DNA of 64,000 nt from Ranitomeya imitator (lineage: Eukaryota). The notes beneath the pieces are model-generated. The model did not search any database and was not told the origin of the DNA. It saw only the letters and a program-made list of their open reading frames with translations. The position numbers and the translations under genes are program-made. The stretch spans positions 207,576,001-207,640,000 of the forward strand of contig NC_091288.1 in assembly GCF_032444005.1 (NCBI RefSeq), given 5' to 3'. Below, one piece after another: positions 1 through 10,900 of this stretch (positions within the stretch are counted from its first letter, which is position 1; every line of letters begins with the position of its first letter).

Positions 1-1580
1 CACCTCTGGAATACTGGGAATAAGTGGAGTGATATCCCGCCAACATCCATCTCTTATCTAGAATATTGAGTGTCTCTCGGATAAGATGCGTCTCCTGTAG
101 ACAGATTACCATTGGTTTATGATCCGCAATAAAAGAAAAAAAACGCCTGTCTTCTTACTGGGGACTTCATCCCTCCAACACTCCAACTAAGAATCCTAAC
201 CTCCCCCAGAACTAGTAGTTTTAGTCATACACAACAATATCCAGTTAATCTTAGACAAACCTATTTTGACATGTGTGCACATATCAAAGGACCTAACACC
301 CCCCCATTACCTCCCACCCTCCTAACAACCCCTCCCAACATAACTATAAATTGTGTTAGATTCAGAAGAAGCGTATTCTCCCCTCTGGAATAGATAAAAC
401 CCCAACACCGGGCGTTTTAGTTCCCATCTCGCCCCCCACATTTTACAGGATAACACCCCACAGCACAAGGCGACCATCTGAGCACAGAGACAACTTAGGC
501 TACTTTCACACTAGCGTCGGATTTGGCCCGTCGCATTGCGTCGGGCCGAGATTCCGACGCTAGCGGTGAATGCGCCGCACAACGGGTGCAGCGGATGCAT
601 TTCTCCGGCGCATCCGCTGCCCCATTGTGAGGTGCGGGGAGGTGGGGGAGGAGTTCGGAAAAAGCGGTCCGTCGGCAGCAAAAAACGTTACATTTAACGT
701 TTTTTGCTCCCGGTGGTCCGCCACAACACGGCGCATCCATCGCATGACGGTTGCGACGTGTGGCAATGCGTCGCAATGCATCGCTAATGTTAATCTATGG
801 GGCAAAAACGCATCCTGCAAACAACTTTGCAGGATGCGTTTTTTGCCATAAACTACGCATTGCGACGTATTGCAAAAAAACTGCTAGTGTGAAAGTAGCC
901 TTAAAGTGTCTAAAAGTTCACTTTTCCCCACTGCAGTCGTCCATCTCTCTTCTTAAACGTTGTTCATTCAGATCCGACCAATCAGCTGCCTCCATAGCGT
1001 CCAGAAAAAAAAAGAGATTTATTCCCAGCCTCGACCCGCAATTTAGCCGGGAAAATCATTGAGTATTTCAGGCCAAGAGCCCTCAGCCGTTTTTTGATAT
1101 CAACAAATTTTGCTCTCATTTTCTGCACTGTCGGTGAGAAATCCGGATAAAATGAAACTCTAGAACCGTCAATAGTTAGTTCAGGGAGATCTCTTGAGAA
1201 CCGAAGACTGTTGTCTCTGTAGTGAAGTATTTTGGGCAAAATAGGCCTTGGTGGATGGCCGGGGGGAGGGGACGGGCCGGGATCTTATGAGCGCGTTCCA
1301 CCGCGTACAAGTGAGTCAGAATGTCCGGTCCAACTTTCTCCTTTATCCAGGCCTCAATAAAAGTAGTAGGATTTTTGCCCTCGCATCGTTCTGGCACACC
1401 GACAATGCAGACATTTTTGCGCCTGGTCCTGTTCTCCAAATCATCCGTTTTGTTCCAAATCGCAGCAATATCTTTCGTGATCTCCTTATTGTGCTGCGCA
1501 GACGCAGAAACTGTATTTTCAACCACACCAACGCTTTTTTTCCAATTGCCCAGTTCTGTCCTTAACTGTGTGGAGATCAT
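1..1580 (-). mobile_element. Degenerate LINE-1 fragment: ORF1 (982-1580, frameshifted), spacer, and start of the ORF2 endonuclease (about 1-215), running off the window edge
   Basis: Minus ORFs 1176-1580 and 982-1239 give DLENRTRRKNVCIVGVPE...AVERAHKIP and VSFYPDFSPTVQKMRAKF...YSMIFPAKLRV, typical of L1 ORF1p. Manual translation of 1-215 on the minus strand gives RILSWSVGGM...VICLQETHL...KRW...YHSTYSQYSRGV, an APE endonuclease N-terminus with a stop and a frameshift. Confidence 0.85.
497..901. mobile_element. T2/Kolobok-like MITE nested in the L1
   Basis: Terminal inverted repeats AGGCTACTTTCACACTAGC (497) and GCTAGTGTGAAAGTAGCCT (to 901), TTAA-like flanks, internal palindromic segments, no coding capacity. 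Confidence 0.8.
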
Positions 1581-1991
1581 GTTTTACATTTATATTTTAG
1601 CAATAGTCTTTTTCTATGGGCCAAAGGGAAATTTAGGCCCCCTAGGCTGCAGGGCCGGGTGCGATTGCAACCCCTGCACCTGTTGTAGTTACGCTGCCCC
1701 TGCTCCTACCTAATTAGTAATGCATCATTAGCGTTATGTAAATGCTGTGGCCGGACATTCTTTGTTATAATCCCAATCTGATGAGTCACATTACCATTAA
1801 GCAAACAATGTGGCAGAATTCAAGCTAGTACAGATAATTCATTAGGCTGCTGCTCACAAGGATAAAGAGATGTTAAGCAACGCAAACAAATGGTTAATGA
1901 CTGAAAATGCAAATAAACTCAGAACATAAACTGTAGTTTACTTTTCACCTCTAGTTCTGATTCTGTCCCAACAGTCAAATAACGAGTGAGG

Positions 1992-4900
1992 TCAGATGGC
2001 AACAAGGACATTGCTCACATTTTTTCTATTCGATCAGCAATAAGATTATTGCTTGTGACAAGAATACACAGGATGTGCACAGAGACTCCACCAGCAGAAT
2101 AGTGAGTGCAGCTCTGGAGTATAATACAGGAGGTAACTCAGGATCAGTAATGTAGTGTATGTACACAGTGACTGCACCAGCAGAATAGTGAGTGCAGCTC
2201 TGGAGTATAATACAGGATGTAACTCAGGATCAGTAATGTAATGTATGTACACAGTGACGGTACCAGCAGAATAGTGAGTGCAGCTCTGGAGTATAATACA
2301 GGATGTAACTCAGGATCAGTAATGTAATGTATGTACACAGTGACGGTACCAGCAGAATAGTGAGTGCAGCTCTGGAGTATAATACAGGATGTAACTCAGG
2401 ATCAGTAATGTAATGTATGTACACAGTGAGTGCACCAGCAGAATAGTGAGTGCAGCTCTGGAGTATAATGCAGGATGTAACTCAGGATCAGTAATGTAAT
2501 GTATGTACACAGTGACTGCACCAGCAGAATAGTGAGTGCAGCTCTGGAGTATAATACAGGATGTAACTCAGGATCAGTAATGTAATGTATGTACACAGTG
2601 ACTGCACCAGCAGAATAGTGAGGGCAGCTCTGGAGTATAATGCAGGATGTAACTCAGGATCAGTAATGTAATGTATGTACACAGTGACTGCACCAGCAGA
2701 ATAGTGAGTGCAGCTCTGGAGTATAATACAGGATGTAACTCAGGATCAGTAATGTAATGTATGTACACAGTGACTGCACCAGCAGAATAGTGAGTGCAGC
2801 TCTGGAGTATAATACAGGATGTAACTCAGGATCAGTAATGTAATGTATGTACACAGTGACTGCACCAGCAGAATAGTAAGTGCAGCTCTGGGGTATAATA
2901 CAGGATATAACTCAGGATCAGTAATGTAATGTATGTACACAGTGACTCCACCAGCAGAATAGTGAGTGCAGCTCTGGAGTATAATACAGATGTAACTCAG
3001 GATCAGTAATGTAATGTATGTACACAGTGACTGCACCAGCAGAATAGTGAGTGCAGCTCTGGGGTATAATACAGGAGGTAACTCAGGATCAGTAATGTAA
3101 TGTATGCACACAGTGACTGCACCAGCAGAATAGTGAGTGCAGCTCTGGAGTATAATACAGGATGTAACTCAGGATCAGTAATGTAATGTATGTACACAGT
3201 GACTGCACCAGCAGAATAGTAAGTGCAGCTCTGGGGTATAATACAGGATATAACTCAGGATCAGTAATGTAATGTATGTACACAGTGACTCCACCAGCAG
3301 AATAGTGAGTGCAGCTCTGGGGTATAATACAGATGTAACTCAGGATCAGTAATGTAATGTATTTATAAAGTGACTGAACTTTTTATTTAGAATACATCTG
3401 TAGAAAACAGTAAAGCATGTTGCCCCAAAGTAGACTTACCCTTTAAGCTGTAAAGTGAGGTGTTTGACACCATATAGTTGCAGACCTTCATTCTACAGGC
3501 AATACTCATTAAAAGAAAACGTATGAAAACAGCTATTGTAAAGATGAAGGAATATCTTCTCTATAACATTACCTGCAGACAGCGACTCTGATCTGTGATG
3601 TAGACATACTTGGCGCTCTTGTATTTGTATTCAAGAACTTATTGATTGAATGTAGAAATTCTAGAAAAATCAGAGACGTTTCGGTCAATATCTGCCCTTC
3701 ATCAGTCGTCTGGATAGAGGAGACCTGTGTGGAAGCGCGATGTGCGAGGGTCTGCGGTGTCCACCGCTGAGACTGGAAGATGTTGAAAGTCAATGTCTAA
3801 ACCTAAAGAAGACCTTGGACACAGAACTTGGATGCAGGAAAAGCCAGAGACACATGTAAGTCTGGCGGAAACTTGTCTGCTGATCCTTGTAAGGATTTGT
3901 GCACACTGAGATTTTTTAGAAGTTTTTGGAGCAGAGTCTGAGTGGAAACTCTCCAAAATCCTCCTCAAAAACTTGGAGTTTCCGTTCAGTTTCTGCTCCA
4001 AAGACTCAGTGTGCACACGCCCTAAAGCTCAGTTCTGGCTCATGTAGCTGAGGTTTCTGGCCTAATTGTAGCTGCGCTTTTACAATACGTGAACAGGACA
4101 ACAGGACAAACGTGGCGTCTTAAATGTTTATCTCAGATCTTCTCAGATGTCTTATCTGCAGAGTATGAGGAAATGTGTGCGAGTGGGAAAATCTCACGTA
4201 AGGGCTATAAGGTACATCCAAATACCAATAGATCCCGCCATAAATTCAGGCTCTTGTCGAATGAAATTTATGACTGCAATGACTCATATAATGTACAATT
4301 AGTAATGTTTATTTTTTGTAAGTTTAGATTTAGCAATGAAGACTTACCTTGGATGAAGCGATAGTGTGATGAGGGAGCAGCCGCCATCTTGGGACAGGCA
4401 TACTACAGATTGGCGTGACTCCATTTTGTCTCCTGGTCAGGTAGGCAGCCAGGAGTGCTCCTGGCCCCCACCTTTGCTAATGAATAGAGTTCCTATTAGT
4501 ATGCTAACGGGCTGAGCTCAGTGTAAACTGTAGACGGTAGTTCAAAGCCCCATGAGGAAACCACGCCACCAGGGGGCTTGGAAATGCTTGGGGGCTTAAT
4601 TAAAACACGCATGCCAAGTGGCCACTGGATACACATCTATTATGGCAGCCCAGCCAAACCGTCTCCAACATGGAATTGTGAATTATGGACGCATCGTCCG
4701 AGGTACAGGCTCATAAAAAATATTCTCCTTACCCTAAAGAAATGGTGCATCTAATAGTGCGATTCCCGTGGCGGTGGGAGGTCTGAAACCCGAGATATAG
4801 GGATCAGCCTCCCACAGGGACCGAATGGGTCCAGGTTTGATCCCAGTACGACCGGCAGAACAAACCACAGGCGCTGGTACTGCCCGTGTGCTGATCCGAT

Positions 4901-7900
4901 CATCCTGAGAGAAGTTATCCCATTTATTAGATATTGGAATAAATCTTGCAGGGAGACAGAGGGGGTGGAGATTGCTAAGCCCACCCAGCTGCAGGCAGGG
5001 GGGCTCAGCCAGGTACAAGAAGAAGCTGAGGTCACTGGGAGGGTCTCACTCCACAGAAGAAGATGATGATGATGACATCTTAAGGAACAGGGTATGCCAG
5101 CCAGAGGGGAGCAAGCACATGCTTTCTGGGGGCTGCCCGGCAACTAAGTTTTTGGACCTGCGGAATGCTATGCCCCCGGCTTCCACAAGCGACCTTCGAC
5201 CTGGTAAATTGACCTCCAGCTTTATACCTTTAAGCCTTGTATTATTGTTGTTATATTGTACTCTGACTGTAACTCTTGATATATTGTGATTGTATATTTC
5301 TTGTAATTATCTAGTGCGCCCTTAAGGCAATTAAATCATAAATTAATTTTGGGCTGATCCTTTTACTCTGATTGCGAATCTTAGAATACCCAGGGTGGGT
5401 AACAGGGCAGTCTCCCCGGCGGCCATTTGCTCTAGGTGCAGTCCCTTTACTGACCTGAGAGACAAAGGGGGCGCCGGAGAGCTGGGCCTGTGTAGTGACG
5501 TCACGGATTGGTGACGTGGGAGGAAGGGGTAATCCTTCACAGTGGTGGCAGCGTACGTGGGATCAGAGTAATAGTGTGCGTGGGACCCCTACTCCCAGAC
5601 ACTAAAGACTACCAGTGGTAACTTTCACTGCTGGGGTCTTAAGGTCAGCCCAGCACTAGACGGTCAGAGTGTAGATATAATAAGTTGTGTGCAAGGTCAG
5701 GGGTACAGCTGTGTCAGTAACCAGAGGTTCCAAAGATGGCGGAGGGCACCAGGAGTGCAGTGAGGGCGCAGGCCAGTGCTATGGCCTATGAGGAGGTGGT
5801 GGTGGACGGTACTGTTCCAGGCGAGGGGGAGCTCAGCCCAGACTCCCCAAGGAGCCAGCCACCCGTGCTTAGTCCGGCAAGGGACTACCCACCACCTACC
5901 CGCCCCAGCCTGTCCACATCAGCGGCCCTTGTTGCAGCGGCAGTAGCACGTCTCGAGGCGGGTAATGAAGACGCCTATATGAGACTCATGGCAGCTGCAG
6001 AGAAAGCAGCGGAGGCTGAGCGTGCAGAACGCCGTGAAGCAGCGGAGCGGGCAGAGAGAGCTGCTGAGCGGGCAGCGGAGCAAGCAGCGGCAGAGAGAGC
6101 AGCGGAGCGCCAGCACCGACTGGAGATGGCTCAACGCGGGCTCCCGCTGGACGCCCCAGCACCGCCAGAGTCCAGGGTTTCCAAAGTCCGGGCCGAGGAC
6201 TTCCCTCTGCTTGAGAAGGATGGAGACCTGGATTCCTTCTTGCTGGCCTTTGAAAAGACCTGCCTTCAACACCATCTGGCCCCGGATCAGTGGGCAAGAT
6301 ACCTGACCCCCCGTTTGAGGGGTAAGTCCCTGGAAGTTTTGGGGGACTTACCTGCCGGGGCGGAGCAGGACTACAGCAGCATCAAGCGGGCCATGATCCA
6401 GCACTACAACCTCACCCCAGAGTCTTACCGCAAGAAGTTCCGGAGCCTGCAGCGGGGCCCAAAGGACACCTGGACCGACCACATGCGGGCATTGCTGAGA
6501 GCTGCAGAGCACTGGACCTCGGGTCTAGCGCTCACCACCCGCCAGGAGGTCCAGGAACTGTTCGTCATGGAGCAGTTCTTGTGGAACTGCCCAGAGGACC
6601 TCCAGCAGTTCCTCCGTGACCGGAAACCGAAGGGGGCTTCTGCTACAGCCGCCCTGGCAGATGAGTATGCCAATAACAGGGCGCCTGAGCCGAAGAAGCC
6701 TGCCAGCAGCACCTGGAGAGGGGGTAAGCCCAATCCTGCCCCTGTTTCCCCAGCCCCCAGAGTGCAAGGGGTGTACCCCCCTGCTGCCCTCTCCAGGCCA
6801 GGCGCAGAACCCAGACGTTGTCATCACTGCAACCAGCTGGGGCACTTCAAGACAGCATGTCCCCAGCGTCTTAAGGCCCCATCCATGTCCCCGAAACCGT
6901 CCACTGTTTTATGTGTGGGAGGGGGTGGTGGGAGGTCCCTGGACAATTACCAACCCGTCACTATCGGCCGCTCAGCGGTCATGGGACTGCGGGACACAGG
7001 CGCTGAACGAACCCTAGTACGTCCTGAGGTGGTGTCCCCTCAAGACTTGGTGCCAGGGAGAACCCTGTCCGTCTCCGGAATTGGAGGCGTGGAACCGGCG
7101 CTGCCTGTCGCAAAGGTGTTTTTGGACTGGGGTGCCGGGAGGGGAATGCGGGAGGTGGGAGTAACGTCAAATATTCCTGCTAATGTATTACTTGGGACCG
7201 ATTTGGGGCGGCTAGTGTCTCAGTATGTGGCCACTGAACCCCCAAGTTCGGCTCCCCAAGAATGTCATGACTCTACGGTGAATGTTGATGTGTTGAATGT
7301 GCCTCCAACAGTGGGGGAGGGAGTGAAACCTGAGGGTTCTCCATACACTGACACCACACACACGGGGCTCACGGGGAGGACAGGTGAGGAGACTGTAGGG
7401 GAGAGCTCAGAGGTGGAGGGAGGGGCTGCTATGGGCAGTGTAGGGCCCCTAGGTGAATCCAGCCTGCTGAGTCTAGGGCCCCTGCAGGAAGAGGAACAGG
7501 CCATGGGGGGAGGAGGCGTCCCGGGAGAGGAGCCACCAGGTAAGACCCCAGGGCGGGAGTTCCCCACACCCGGGATGTCAGGAGGGCCGGGAAGTCTGCC
7601 TGACCCGGCGACTTGGTCAGGAGCCGGGGGGAAGCAGGCGCTACCCATGGGCACAGTGGTCGTGGCCGCTGTCACCAGGAATGGGAGCGCCGGAGCCCAA
7701 GGAGCCTTGCAGAGGTCCGACGGCTTCCCCCTCTCTGACCAAGTGGCTGCCGAGTCAGACAGCGGCCAGGAGACAGATCCCGGGGAGCTGACGGTGGATG
7801 TGGCGGTGTTGTCCATTCTCGCCACATCGAGTCAGGGATGTCCGGAAGCGCTGGAAGCTGACGCTAGCCTGAAAGCTCTTAAGGAGCAGGCGGCACAGCC

Positions 7901-10900
7901 TCCCGGGGAGTCAGACCGCGAGCAGGTGGTCTGGGACCAGGGACGGCTGTACCGGGTAACGGTCCAGCAGGGTTCACCGGAGGCGTGGCCCAGGGACCGA
8001 CAGTTAGAGGCAGCCTCTGAGAGAGAGAGAGAAGGAGGAGGGGGCAGAGGCAGCCTCAGAGAGAGAGGGGAGGGGGCAGAGACAGCCTCAGAGAGAGAGA
8101 GGAGGAGGCAGAGACAGCCTCAGGAAGAGGAGGAGGGGGCAGAGACAGCCTCAGAGAGAGAGAGGAGGAGGCAGAAACAGCCTCAGAGAAAGAAGGAGGA
8201 GGGGGCAGAGACAGCCTCAGAGAGAGAGAGGAGGGGGCGGAGACAGCCTCAGAGAGAGACAGAGGAGGAGGCGGAGACAGCCTCAGGAAGAGAGGGGAGG
8301 AGGCAGAGACAGCCTCAGGAAGAGGAGGAGGGGGCAGAGACAGCCTCAGAGAGAGAGGGAGGAGGAGGCAGAGCCAGCCTCAGAGAGAGACAGGGGAGGA
8401 GACAGCCTCAGAGAGAGAAAGGAGGAGGCAGGGACAGCCTCAGAGAGAGAGAGGAGGGGGCAGAGACAGCCTCAGAGAAAGAAGGAGGAGGGGGCAGAGA
8501 CAGCCTCAGAGAGAGAGAGGAGGAGGCCGAGACAGCCTCAGAGAGAGACAGCGGAGGAGGCGGAGGCAGCCTCAGAGAGAGAGAGGAGGGGGCAGAGACA
8601 GCCTCAGAGAAAGACGGAGGAGGGGGCAGAGACAGCCTCAGAGAGAGAAAGGAGGAGGCAGGGACAGCCTCAGAGAGAGAAGGAGGAGGGGGCAGAGACA
8701 GCCTCAGAGAGAGAGAGGAGGGGGCAGAGACAGCCTCAGAGAAAGAAGGAGGAGGGGGCAGAGACAGCCTCAGAGAGAGAGAGGAGGGGGCGGAGACAGC
8801 CTCGGAGAGAGACAGAGGGGGAGGCAGGGACAGCCTCAGAGAGAGAGAGGAGGCCGAGACAGCCTCAGAGAGAGACAGGGAAGGAGGCAGAGACAGCCTC
8901 AGAAAGAGGGGAGAGGCAGAGACAGCCTCAGAGAGAGAGAGAGGAGGGACAGAGTCAGCCTCAGAGAGGAGGAGGCAGAGACAGGCTCAGGGAGAGAGAG
9001 GCCGAGACCATAGTAATGCTGATGGGTTGCCCCGGCAAGGAGAAGGTGCGGAAGGGCGCATGGGGGAACACAGGAATGTGATGCCCCCTAGCGCCCTCTA
9101 AAGCAGGGAGGTGTGATGAGGGAGCAGCCGCCATCTTGGGACAGGCATACTACAGATTGGCGTGACTCCATTTTGTCTCCTGGTCAGGTAGGCAGCCAGG
9201 AGTGCTCCTGGCCCCCACCTTTGCTAATGAATAGAGTTCCTATTAGTATGCTAACGGGCTGAGCTCAGTGTAAACTGTAGACGGTAGTTCAAAGCCCCAT
9301 GAGGAAACCACGCCACCAGGGGGCTTGGAAATGCTTGGGGGCTTAATTAAAACACGCATGCCAAGTGGCCACTGGATACACATCTATTATGGCAGCCCAG
9401 CCAAACCGTCTCCAACATGGAATTGTGAATTATGGACGCATCGTCCGAGGTACAGGCTCATAAAAAATATTCTCCTTACCCTAAAGAAATGGTGCATCTA
9501 ATAGTGCGATTCCCGTGGCGGTGGGAGGTCTGAAACCCGAGATATAGGGATCAGCCTCCCACAGGGACCGAATGGGTCCAGGTTTGATCCCAGTACGACC
9601 GGCAGAACAAACCACAGGCGCTGGTACTGCCCGTGTGCTGATCCGATCATCCTGAGAGAAGTTATCCCATTTATTAGATATTGGAATAAATCTTGCAGGG
9701 AGACAGAGGGGGTGGAGATTGCTAAGCCCACCCAGCTGCAGGCAGGGGGGCTCAGCCAGGTACAAGAAGAAGCTGAGGTCACTGGGAGGGTCTCACTCCA
9801 CAGAAGAAGATGATGATGATGACATCTTAAGGAACAGGGTATGCCAGCCAGAGGGGAGCAAGCACATGCTTTCTGGGGGCTGCCCGGCAACTAAGTTTTT
9901 GGACCTGCGGAATGCTATGCCCCCGGCTTCCACAAGCGACCTTCGACCTGGTAAATTGACCTCCAGCTTTATACCTTTAAGCCTTGTATTATTGTTGTTA
10001 TATTGTACTCTGACTGTAACTCTTGATATATTGTGATTGTATATTTCTTGTAATTATCTAGTGCGCCCTTAAGGCAATTAAATCATAAATTAATTTTGGG
10101 CTGATCCTTTTACTCTGATTGCGAATCTTAGAATACCCAGGGTGGGTAACAGGGCAGTCTCCCCGGCGGCCATTTGCTCTAGGTGCAGTCCCTTTACTGA
10201 CCTGAGAGACAAAGGGGGCGCCGGAGAGCTGGGCCTGTGTAGTGACGTCACGGATTGGTGACGTGGGAGGAAGGGGTAATCCTTCACAGATAGCATTTGT
10301 AAAGGGGAAAATCCATCCTGTCCATTCTCACTTTGCACAACTTTTAATAAAGATTCAATCGTGCAGATTGTTGAAACATCTACTATATAATTGTCTAAGG
10401 GTCACTTCCGTCTTTTTGTCTGTCCCGGATATTCATTGGTCGCGGCCTCTGTCTGTCATGAAATCCAAGTCGCTGATGGGTCATGGCAAAACGCCCACGA
10501 CCATTGCCACGACCAATCAGCGACGGCCACAGTCCGGCAGCAATATGGCCGCTCCTTCCTCCCCGCAGTCAGTGCCCGCTCCATACTCCCCTCCAGTCAG
10601 CCCTCACACAGGGTTAATGCCAGCGTTACCGGAGCGCGGTGTAACACACTCCATTAACGCTGCTATTAACCCTGTGTGACCAACTTTTTACTATTGATGC
10701 TGCGTATGCAGCATCAATAGTAAAAACATCTAATGTTACAAATAATAATAATAATAATAATAATTAAAAAACACGTTATTCTCACCCTCCGACGTCGCGT
10801 CCTGTCCTTGGCAGTGCAAGCGGCAGGTTCCGGTGCTAAGGATGGTATGCGAGAAGGACCTGCCATGACATCACGGTCATGTGACCGCGACTTCATCACA

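Larger units (their letters stand above)
4365..10288 (+). mobile_element. Non-autonomous Gmr1-like (Ty3/Gypsy) LTR retrotransposon
   Basis: Two 1177-bp LTRs (4365-5541, 9112-10288; TG...CA) that appear identical, TSD GATAG (4360-4364, 10289-10293), PBS TGGTGGCAGCG after the 5' LTR (complementary to a tRNA-Leu 3' end), and PPT AAGCAGGGAGG before the 3' LTR. Confidence 0.95.

Noticed and set aside
2046-3283. Series of 64-aa minus ORFs (MYIHYITDPEL...)
   Set aside because: Translations of the 86-bp tandem repeat.
4734-5540. ORFs duplicated identically at 9481-10338
   Set aside because: They lie within the LTRs, have no recognisable domains, and only reflect LTR identity.
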